Source: Paraspadella gotoi
Lineage: Eukaryota > Animalia > Chaetognatha
Direction: 5' to 3'
Assembly (NCBI GenBank): GCA_051294375.1
Contig: CM119263.1
Location: 20,364,115 to 20,428,114 of the forward strand
Length of the DNA stretch: 64,000 nucleotides
How positions within the stretch are numbered: position 1 is the stretch's first letter; the number at the start of each line of letters is the position of its first letter. The notes beneath the pieces are model-generated. The model saw only the letters and a list, made by a program, of their open reading frames with translations. It made no database searches and was not told the DNA's origin. Shown here one piece after another: positions 1 through 11,995 of this stretch. A program made the translations under genes and the position numbers.

Positions 1-1017
1 AAGAAAAGATTGAATTATGTTTCTGATATTAACAAAAATTTCTATACTTCAAATGTTTATATAATTACTAAGGATAATGAATTATCATTTATGAAAACAA
101 AAAATTTAAAAAATTCATGTAGGAACCTTAAAACATATTGATTTAAATATTGAAAATTTAGGAGTTCAACTTTGTTCCGGCTGATTTAAAAAACGGACTG
201 ACATAGGGCTAAAAGACTGTATTATCAAATTTTTAAATTTTTTGTCATCTTCAGGTGCAAAATTAAAACCTTTTCATAATGCCCTTAGCTATATTAATAT
301 AACATTTTTTTATTAAAAAAAGCACTACAATCTTTAATAACACGCTAATACATGTAGCTGTATGGTAAAATTGTTTGTTTTTATTTTTTTATTATAATAC
401 AAGGCCTTTATCAATAAGGGTGTAAATTGCAAAGAAAATGAGTTTTTTCAAGGCTCCATATTGATACTATTAAAATCAATGAATTTTCTTGTTCGGCAAC
501 GAAATGTACCTAAGACATTGTAGTTTCATTAGCTAATCTTTATTTTTATAATTTAAAGGCATGTTTGGCAAAAACAGTAAGAAACAAAAAATGACAACAA
601 ATTTTGAGAAAAAAAAATGGATTAATTGCTATTATTTCTTACTATGACGTCAATTTATTTTTTCGTTATGTTCTTGAAAGTTAGGCTAAACCCAACAGAA
701 TCGGAATCAGTGCATGACCGCTGTATATTTATTTGACTTATACAGTAAATACCGCAAAATAAAAAAAAATGTAAAACGAATTCAGACTAAGCGTCTGTGT
801 TATTTTCAGTTATTTTTTAGTCAAGACCTTTATGGATTTTCTTTGTTCCGGCGGCGTTGGATAGCCCAAAACACTGCAGTTTCAGAAATCATCCATGGTT
901 TTGTAATATTTTACTGCGCTACTGGTTGCAAAAATTGCTAGGAACCAAAAATTATCAGAAACCGCTTTCGTTCTTTCGGATTTTTTTTTAAGCGCGGAGC
1001 GACATATCTACTCTCTC

Positions 1018-1062
<45 letters not shown>

Positions 1063-4000
1063 TAATATTGCACTTGTTTCCTCGCTAGGTCGGATAATGT
1101 GACGAAGAATCTATAATCGTAAAATTTTGCCATTTTCTATACGTTTTTCTCGACAATTTAGGTTTAAAAAGCCAAAAAAGGGCGGCATTCATTTAACGTC
1201 TTGAAGGTTGTGACACCAACTTTACAACATCAAGACCGACGCGTTCATTCAACCCGGCTCTCATTTCAGGCGCACATCTATCGCCTCCCAGACTGCGGCG
1301 CTCATTTCTTCATAGTTGCAGCATTCATTTCACGCCTTCTGGACAACTAGAAAACAAGGCGCTTTGTCGCATCGAGTCAAGGGAGACAGGAAAGGTTGAA
1401 GACCCGAGCCTAATCGAGGAATAGGTCCCCCTCGCCTGCATCGCCTTATCGTGGAAGCGAAGCGCAAACGACGGAAACAAATCATCGATTCTCTTCCGAC
1501 TCGTAAATTATAAACTTTGGCGTCTGGAAATATTTTAATAACACGGACGGGGTCGTCAAGAGGAGCGGGGGGTAGAGGGATTGGAAGGGAGGTCGGGGGG
1601 GGGGCGTGAAAGGGATGTATTTTTATTTTATTTATTTATTTTTTTTGGGGGGGGCTCGATTGTTTCGCCCAGAAGATGTTTTCGTTACAAGCGTCGACTT
1701 CAATTTTCTTTTTGCTCGTTTAACAAACAGTCCTTGAACCCGAGACATTCCGAGCACAACCCCTAGGTTGTTAAGACCTAGAGATCTCAATGTCGTTGTT
1801 GTTATTGTTGTTATAGCTAGGTCTTTGCCTTCGCCTCTTAGGGGACATGAAATAAACAATAAAAATAGATAAGAAATCGGATATCGGTCAAGAGTTTTTT
1901 TTTCCATAGAAATTGATAACCCAGAGTGGGAAAATATTTTTCTGGACCACCTTTTGAAGACGAGCGGAATCTCCGCTCGAGGCACTTTTATGGAACGTTA
2001 AGATTTGAATTTTAAGTTGATAAAAAATAAACAATTTTAAACACAAAGCGACTTTTCGTAAACAGCGTTCCTTCGGCGATCGCGAGAAAACCGGCGAAGT
2101 TATTGGCAACGGCAGTGAAGGCGGCGTCCGCGATCCGAACGCAAATAATGGCATCGCGAGACCTTGGCAACGTAGAGGTCGGCAGGTAACGGCGCCTTCG
2201 AAATTGGCACCGTGGAGGGGGGGCGCGAAATGGGCACCGGAGACGGCGATGGGGGTCGAAATGGCCAAGGCCGCCGGGGCAGCGAAAATGACTCCAAATC
2301 GATGGTTGCTCTTGGGAAAACTGGAGTATTAAGGAAATGAAGGAAAAGTTTGGACGAAGATTTAATGAAAACTTCTTCTTGGAGGCGCATGAGAGGTATT
2401 CCCAAATGAAATCGGATTCATTCATCGTTTATTAGTCGGTGGTAGGTTGTAGTGGGTAGTAAATAGTAATAGTAGGTAGTTAAGTTTTACGATGTTTCAC
2501 GAGAAAAAAGTATTAATCAAAAGAATTAAAATTTACTTGACAAGGAACTCGTAATAAACCGAAAACTGTAAAACGAAAGAAACGAAGAGCCTACTACAAG
2601 AACGAGAAAACTAGCAGGAGGCGGGCAGTTTTTCTTTAAGGGACCGAAACTAAGAGATGGACGAATGCATATTGGGGTCGAATTTTTAGGAGCCTCGTGA
2701 AACTCAGGAGGAGACCGACCGACCGTGAAGCTGGGATTAAATTACAGAATCCCAATATTCCGGGGAGAAAATGGGAAAAGGAGCGACCTTCTCAGCGACT
2801 ATTTGATAAAAATTTACAAATCACAATATTTCCATTCAGCCGCAAGTCACTTTTGTGTCGCTTTTGTTAATGCTTGGTAAGTTGCAGTTAAAGGCTGGTT
2901 GCGCATTTGCAATGTGCGCATTTCATAATTGCAGTCACGTGATCAAAATATCTATGCGGCATAGTCATGTTATTTTAGTTCATACTTTATAGATAAGTAA
3001 TCAATCGTAAAATGATTCTACAATGTACATTTTAATCAAACTTGTATGTAGATTCACGAGATCATTTGAAAATGCGTGCACGTAATTAGTTAGTCAACGT
3101 TAGTCATTGAAATCGTCGTTTTATGGCAACAGCCAGGTTGCCTGTGATGCCCATTGGGATGGGGCATCTCACTGTTGGCTTTGGGAGCTTCCGACCCTCA
3201 GTGACGCCTCCAGTCACTGGCGCGGTTACCCTAGGACGGTCTCGCTTTGCCAACGCAGAGGGAAGTCATTAGGACTGTGGATGGAACACTACGCCTGGGA
3301 TGGTGTGTTCCTCCTCTGAGCCAATGGATTTGGCTGAAGGATGGTGGACGTGAGGCGGTGTGAATATATCGCCACAGTTTCTTGTTATTTGTTGCGGGAG
3401 ACCAAATGGACGTTTTGACTGAAATAAGGAGTGGAAGGCAAAAGGGGTTGGAATGCGGAATCCAAAACAGAAATCGAACGAAGGAAAGAAATTCGGTGAA
3501 CCGTGGACTGAGAAAGAAGAAACGTTTTCCCCAGGTGGCGCGGATAGGAGCGGCCGGCGCGGATAGGAGCGGCCGGCGCGGCGGGAGCGGCCAATGGTAC
3601 CGGCCAACGGAAGCGGCAGGAAAAAACAGGGCAAAGAATCGGGTTAAACTGGGGCAAGGATCTAGCGAGTCGTCTGGAAAATGAGTCTCTGGCACTGGAG
3701 TCTGGAGGAAAACTTAATCAATAGAGTAATGATGATGCAGCCTGCTGGGTAAGGAGTTACAGTGAGAAGAGAAACATATTTTTTCTTGTTCTTGACTTTC
3801 AGTCGAATAAATTGAATTACGTAAACGAGATTGGAAAGAGAAAAAAAAATTGTAATGAGAATGTCGCAACTCGAGACGGCGGAGCGAGGAAACGGAGAAA
3901 AGTGAAATGTGATCGGCCGCGGGCGGATGGAAGGGGGGTGGAGGGGTTTTGGGGGGGCGGAGTGGGAAACGCGATCCGAGGGGGCGAGGAGCGATAAGGA

Positions 4001-4444
4001 AATCGAGGGTTAAAAGGGGGCCTCGAAGAATTGAGTGGTGAGAGAGAATAAATTAGGATGAACATCAAAGTGGTGGAGGAAGGAAAGATTGAAAGAAGGA
4101 AAAGGAGAAGACAAATTGCGGAGAGAATGTAGAAGATAATGTGTTTCTCTCATTTTTCGATTCTCGATTTTGGATTTTAGTGAGAGAGATTGGGAATAAA
4201 AAAAACATCTTGAAATGAGAAATCAACTCGGGCGAGGTGCAAGGCTGGAAAGTAAATAAGACTCGGTGTTTCAAAAATACGACGGTATGGCAAAGGCAAC
4301 CCGACTGTTGCCATAACGGTATTTTTTAAATTTTTTTTCGACGGAAATCGTAAATGAGGTGGAAGATTCTTCGTGGATTGGTCGGGCAGTCGTCGGCGAG
4401 GACGTCGGTGAGGCTTTTGGTTGTTACGTCGGCGAGGATGTTGG

Positions 4445-4532
<88 letters not shown>

Positions 4533-6958
4533 TTTGGAATCCTTTTCAACGGTGATTGAGCGATAAACTAGGCATATAAACGAGATGATTATTTGATCAG
4601 TTAACCAAAAAGATTCCTCCAATTAATACAAAATATCGTAAAACTTGGTAGTTAGTTTTAACATCAGATGGACAAACGTCGCATAACATATCTCTCCCTG
4701 TCTGCCGAGAAACAAAAGGTCATCGCAAGGATATGGATAGATGTCGCTGAGACATTCCTCTACGAGGCGATCTTATCCTCTTCTTTCCGCCCTTGCGCTC
4801 CTCTATCATTTAGAATCTCATCTCCAGGACGCGATTGGTCATATTTCCGGGTTCGCCAAGGTCAAAACCCGGGTCGACGAGGTCACCTCATCCTCACGCT
4901 TACGACGATAGGGGATTCGCGAGGGCGAGAGAGAGAGATTGAGAGAGAGGGGCAGAGTAAGAGGGAGAGAGAGAAAGAGAGAAGAGAGAAAATGAGAAAA
5001 AGGAGGCAATGAGCTAAATTTAGAAGTCACATTGCTGAAAGGAAGGTAGAATAGACGATGAAAAGAAAAATGGTGTTTCACGATTTTCAGTGACTATAGG
5101 GCATCGCGTTCATAAACTGACAGATTGATGTAACGAAAATAAAAATATCGGGCAAACCAATAAAATCCCTTTCTTTTACTTTTCTGTCAATCACCGAATA
5201 GAATTAGAAACAGAAAAGAGCGTTTTATTAGTTTCCTTTCTTTATTCTTCGCCCGATTGTTCTTTTATTTTTGGCTTTCGATGTCTTTTTGTCTCATTCG
5301 GGCGCCTACTTGCAGCACCACTCGACAATGGGTGTCCAAAATAGAAAGCGTCTTGAAGTTCTGAGACCAAGACGCCAATAACAGCGCAATCCATTGCTAA
5401 ACCGTGGCGTCGCGTTGCTCTTGGAAGTTACTGCAACCGCGAATATTTTTGCCACGACTCCTTGTGGCGCTTTTCCTCGCTACTGTCATATTTTTGTGGT
5501 TTCTCTATTCTCATCTTTCTTGTCACCCGAGATATCCTGGAATAAAAAGTAAAGAGAGAAAAAAAGAGAGAGAAAAGGAGGAGACCTCCACCTCTTGTTT
5601 TCCTTTATAGATTATTCATTTCTTTACATATGTCTCACAGGAAAATCCCCTCGCGTTCAAAGGTCAAACTTTTTTCCTCATTTTATGTTCTTTTTAATTT
5701 CGTCGTCGGCTGCGTTTTTCTATTTCGCGACTTCTGCCTGATTAATTCGAGGTTGGGGTTTACCTGTTGTTGTGGTTGTTGTTGTTGTTGTTTTAGTAGT
5801 CTATGCTAATGGTTTTGGCCAAGACTCAACGAGGAAGAAGCATAGGAAATCCGGGAGGTGAATGCTTCGCCATTTCCTATAAGGCAGACTCTCGGGTATG
5901 AACTGACTAACTTGCACTTACACAATTATTACAATTATATTGTCACTTAATTGTCAAATTCAGTAATTAGATGATACCATCCACTGGCATTATGAACGTT
6001 ATACCTTATTTAAAAAAAAATTGATCATTCGTCCAGAAGATGAAGAAATGTTTTCGTCTCTGTTTTTTTATCAAAAGCAAACTTATTTTGGTCACAGCCA
6101 AACATAATGCCATCCGTCGATTGAACATAAAAAGTGTTTTCTGTGTCAGCAACTGTTTTTATTTCCAAATCATCTATTTCTTTTTTTTCTTGCTTTTATT
6201 AATTTATCTCTTTTATTTTCCACTTCCCACTTTATGGTGTTTCTTTTTCGTCCGTTTTCCTTTCTCTCGCTCTCTTTCTCTCTCTCACTCTCTCTCTCTC
6301 TCTCTCCCTCTCTCTTCTTTCATCCTAGACAGAACTCTCCTTTCTCTCCCAACGAATTTTTTTTTCCTGCGGAAAAAAAGTATTTTTCCTGTAGGAAAAA
6401 GAAGAAGACATTTGCAGCCTCACGAAGGCGACGACGAAAAAAAACTAGAGGCACGAAAAAAGTTGAGAAACAAACGAGAAAAAAAATTGGGCAGAAGATG
6501 ATGAAAACCGGGGGAAAAGGAGGGGGAGGGAGGGGGGAGAGTAAAGAGAAAAGAAAAGAGAGTAAAGAAGGGTAATGAGAAGTCGGTCGGGTCTGAGCAG
6601 CTATAAACAAGCAACAAAATTTACATAATTTCGTGGTTTAGTTTTAAAAACTTTTTCCGCTCGGAAATCAACATTTTGGATATATCTTGCCTTTCTATTG
6701 ACACTTTTAGGAAATAATAATTTCATAGCATTTTGATATTCTGGATTTACTTTTGCAGCTCTGTTGAAGTTCGTCAAAAAGGTTCTTTAAAAGTTGACTA
6801 CTTTAAAGACACGCCCCTCGGCTGGCCGCCATTTTTAAACGGGAACAATGAGGTACAGAGGCCGGCACAACCTCGAAGCTACGCCCGAGGCTAACCTCCT
6901 GATATTCCGCCTTTTGTGTTGAGAGAGAGAGAGAGAGAGAGAGAGCGAAAAGAGCGAG

Positions 6959-7029
<71 letters not shown>

Positions 7030-7155
7030 TAGAGAGAGAGAGAGAGGCCAGAAACAGAGCATAGATAGCGCTTTGATTAGAGAAGCTGAAAAGGAAGATA
7101 CTGCGCGAAAATAGAACCAAATTGAATTCGTTCTGTTTTAGATTGAAGACTGAAG

Positions 7156-7238
<83 letters not shown>

Positions 7239-8689
7239 AGAGAGAGGGGGGGGAAATGATGGGGTCATGAACAAACATTGTTTCTTTCAATTTGAGACAG
7301 AGAAACCAAAACCATTTAATTCGATTCGTGTTCATTCCGTCGCTCGTCTTCCAAATTCTGACCCAAAGCTTTTCTCTTTTCCTTAGCCTGACTTCGATAG
7401 CCGCTTCTTTATCCGCTTCCCCTTCCGCTTCCTCCACCACTTTTTAATTCCGTTTTTCATTGTTTTTTTTTGTTTATCCGTTTTCTTTTCCTTTTTCCCT
7501 AAACCTAAGACTTACCTCGTATCCCTTACCTTTAATTCCATCCGCCCATTTCTCATCCATAAAGATTTTTACTTTCCCCACCTCTCTCTCCCCGTTACTT
7601 CACTCTTTAAACTCTTACCACACTCCACTGCTCCCATTTCTTCCCTTTAGCCTCCAAATTCTTCACACTTTTGCTTAAACGCCTTGACTCACTCGCTCAC
7701 CCTAACCTCTCCCTCTCCCACGACCCTTTTCCACGTCGACCGTTTATCTTGGCGCTCGTGTTTGTATTATGCACCGTCTTTCTTACGAGCTGAGGAGAGT
7801 CGTGTTTTTCTCTAAATAAAATATACTTTGCCGGTTTCTGCGCACGCACACGTAAACTCGCGTGCGAAACTAAAAAATAAATAAAAATTGCGTGCGAACT
7901 GCGTGCAACGAGGCGTCCGTGTAAGGGGAAAAAAAGAGGGACCGTGCTCAAAAACTTGCGAATTGTCGAAGAAGCGGATAAACAGCGAAGGAGCCACATG
8001 AATTAGAGATGACATCGGCGGTGAACGACCGGATCGGTCGTCTCTGCTTCCTTTATTTGTGCCCTAACTTTTATAGATTAAAAGATAAAGACCTTTGCCC
8101 TGATTTTACTGAAACCTGTTCTCCCCTTTTTTTTCAGTCCTCAAGGTTTGATGGCCCGACGGTTAATTCCCCTGCAGCTCGTTCGTCCTATTTTGTGTTA
8201 ACGAGGCCTCCCACCTCCCGCCACCTGATTTCTGGGTCAGCCCGCCTGGTTCCGGATACACCCTTTTTTTCTGGTTGTTTCACGTCCAGGCAATGGCGTC
8301 TCCTGCCCTTATTGGTTTCGTTCTGCAGCAAATTTCTCTATCCTCTATCCTTTCTCAGTTAAACTTACCAACTTCACATTTACTATTTTTTTTCTCCTCC
8401 TCCAGTTTTTCCAACCTTTCTCTCCGACTGCATCTCCCCTTCCCCCAATTTCCTTTCCCCTCTCTTCCCTTTTGTTTCTCTTCCTTATTCCCCTCGGTCC
8501 CACCTCTTCCTTTAAGAGTCGAAGCCATCGCCAGTTTTTAACGGTCTCCGCCGTCGGCGTTGTCGTCGGCCCGATGCTTTGAGAGTCAAGCAGTGACTTA
8601 CCCATTGAGGAGATGGGGCAGACAGTTAACTCGCAGGTGAAGAGGTCAGCGGGTCGGGTCTTTGTGTTGCAGATTTGTCAGTGCGAAAG

Positions 8690-8728
<39 letters not shown>

Positions 8729-10702
8729 TAATTTTCTCATTCGTCCTTTCATTGAACACGAGCAAAATCGCTTGCTTTCTGTTATGCAAGGCTTGCAGAT
8801 TGTTGTTATTGTTAAACCAAACGAGAAACAAAATTTAACCCGAAATTTTAAATCAAATTTTTCACTCCCTGCCATGAAGCAATCTGCTTCGTAAACTATG
8901 GAACGATGATAACATTAACCGGGAAATAAATGCTCAGAATCGCTCGGTGCAGAAAGAAGATCATCCTTGCATTTTTGGTAGACCTATCCACAGGGCAAAG
9001 AGAAATTCGTTTTATCGTTCGCTATGGTAACTCTTGCCACATCGTGATTTATCTAACCGAAACTTTCCAATTCCAAAGAGTAAATCACAAGATAAGAAAA
9101 AATATCGAATGAAGAGCGCAGTTCTTCCCGAGGATCGTGACTTTTTGAGGAAAGTTTCTTCATTCTATGATTAAATCAGCGCAGGGCTGTAATAACATCT
9201 TGCGACCCCCCCTCGCCGAGTTCCTCTTCCTCTCAATCACCGTGAAACAAAGTCACCATCTCCCACCTTTCACCCTCCACCATTTTATACACTTTTTTAC
9301 ACGAGTCACTCGGACGAATCTCGGGGAGGAATTCCATCGATTTTTTCTTTCAATTTTTAAAGTCACAGCTTTGAAAAGTAACGTGCGAAGTCTTTCCTTG
9401 GGTTTTGTTACAAAGTGGTTTTCCCAAGCTTGAAGATATCTTTGAAAATTTTATTCTACGTAAATATAAAAATTGAATTTTATTGGTCGCTAAAAAGGGG
9501 AATTCGGATGTCAAATATTCAAATTGAAACTTTTCTGCGATAAATTTGCCTTTAAGAGAAAAGCTATGATAATTAATATGGCGTTTTTTCCAGTCGTCTC
9601 GACTCGGTCTCTATTCACAAAATTTATTTTTAATTAAAACTTTAATCAGTCGAAGAAAAAATTCAACAAAAAAGAGAGAAACGATAGAAGTTCAACCGCC
9701 AATGAGTCTTGAGCCAAAATTTCTGTCGGCTTTTTGAAAATTTTCTTCTCGCCGCTTTTCCCCCATTTCTTCCGTTATTTGTTTTCCTTCCGTGTTTTTT
9801 CCCATTCCTCTGTTTTCTTTTTGGATTTTCCTTTTTCCATCACGCGTCACCTTTGGTTTGCTTCCGGGGTCATGGAAAATCAACAAATTAAGACTCCCCT
9901 TCCAAAACTTCTTCCCCTTATCTTTGGATTAAAGAATCACAAAGAAAAAATTTGTCGTTTGATAAAAATACAACACTAAGAAGCAAATATTAAAGGACAT
10001 AGTAAATTGATTCAAATTATTATGAACTTCCTGATTTAAAATAAAAATTTTCAAGCAATTATTTAATAATTATTCTTAAAGTAAAACATTCAGGTCACTC
10101 CGTAACAGAACTAGTCTTCTACTATACTGAAATTTCTAAATTGCAACACACTACTATTTATTTGTTTTTTTGACCCGCAACTTTACAATTTGATCCTTTT
10201 CCTTAATACAATAATCTGAGTTGTACTTCCTTACCATTCGCAGAAAAGACCGAATATTTTTTTTATTAAAGTTGCTTCGGATTTAATGGATTTTCGCTTA
10301 GCTTTAGGGCAGCGACTTTTCTTAACCCAATAGCGAACGACATCCCCTTCCCCCGAGGGCAAAGCCCAGCGCCATGGTCCCCTTTTCCACCTCCTACCCC
10401 CATAGGAACCCCCAATGTTGACATCAGCCGCATTAAATCCACCGCAATATTTTCTCATTGTTTTTTCCCGTCAACACTGGTGAGAAGATGACAGCTGTTG
10501 TTTTTTGGCTCTCACCGATGTCCCTCACTATTCGTCTGTAATTAAAATAATCCTCAAAATGGTAGCAAACTTTTTCTTTAAGCACCGCGATTCACTGATT
10601 ATCAATTTTACGTTGATTATAATTAGTTATCATGACTTTGGCTAAATTGATTATAAGCGGAGCCAGTCACTTTGGTTTATTGAATTTGAAAAGAATTAAA
10701 TA

Positions 10703-10943
10703 ATACAATTGAAACATTCTTTGAAATATTTTCCTCTTCATTGATAGGGAAGCCAGGTACTCTGGGAGTGAATAAACGGGACTGTGAGAGAGTCTTGATT
10801 GAAAGCTTGCAGGGACCTGCTATGTCATTATCTTGTAAGAGTGATGGAGGCCTTAAACCACCAAAGCCTGTCCAAAGTCAGGGGCAAGATAGCTTATTTA
10901 TTAAATGAAAGGATAATTTTTATATTGGTTGTACCAATTTCAT
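10703..10943. repeat. Dispersed ~240-bp interspersed repeat (here called Rep-A), full copy
   Basis: Near-identical sequence recurs at 15318-15546 and 59124-59370, split at 14342-14415 + ~15236-15258, and as a short end fragment near 48078-48095. Confidence 0.9.
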
Positions 10944-10953
10944 ATAATATTAT

Positions 10954-11955
10954 CTAGATCTTGAAGCCTTCTGCCGTGTGGGTAGGATAAAGAAAAGCCA
11001 TCACGAAACCTAAGTGGGAAACAAAGAAAAATAAATTTCGGATTTCAATTTTGTTTAAAACCAATTCATGCTCAATTAAAAATGACTATAAAGCTTACTG
11101 ATGCAGTAAAGTCCACCGATTATCCAAAACTGTCCGTACCAAGAAAGCGTTCCCAAGGGCTTGCTAATCAGAGCGTTGAAAAGACTTTGAGGAATCTGAA
11201 AATTATTAATTTTTTAATTTTTTAACGTTCAATTAACAGATTTTGAGGCAAATAAAAATAGCCAAAAAGAGCCAAAACAATAAAAAAAGTCAGAAAACCA
11301 CATTAAGTTATATAACGTTAATTCAGATTGAAGATTTATCATCCCTATTTTGCACGGGATAACAACTTTACTGTAGGTTAAAACATTCGTTACACATTGT
11401 TAAAGCGTAGTAAAAACTTACAATAGCGATAAACAGCAATCCGAAATTTTCAGCCATGTATTCGAGGCCGAAAGTTCTGGCGCAAACAGTAGTCAACAAT
11501 GGAGGCGTCGCTAAATTAAAACAATTATTACTTAATGCTGAAGACAAAATAAATTTTATGACAAAAAATTAAATACCAGCAACGCCGAAGAAAAGGAGCA
11601 CGACGTAAAGACCGTAAACAAATTTTCCGCCGACAATCGCGACGTAAAAAGACAAATACAGAGCGACGTTCGAAGACGTAACGCAAATCATGGCAGTCTG
11701 ATGGAAAAGTGGATGTAAAAAAGAAATGAGAATTGAGAAAAGAGAATGAAATACAAAAATAATTAAATTATGAATAAAGCTAAATAAATAAATAAATAAA
11801 TGCTTATGCAAAATACAAATTTGGCACCCTGAAATGGACTTTGTCGGCGACTTTTCCCCAAAAGATTCTGCCAACTCCGTTGACCACTGAGGAGATGGAA
11901 CCGATGACAGCAAGAAACTGGTCGTCGAACGAGCAGCTTTGCCCGAATTCCTTTT

Positions 11956-11995
<40 letters not shown>

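Noticed and set aside
3121-3380. Telomerase RNA or SRP RNA identity for the structured segment
   Set aside because: There is no CTAACCCT-type template or U/A-rich pseudoknot, and the P6.1-like loop lacks the conserved G. The CCAGGTTGCCT match to SRP RNA is not followed by the helix-8 motif.
4326-7440. Many ERER/SLSL-repeat ORFs here and elsewhere
   Set aside because: They are translations of (GA)n microsatellites.
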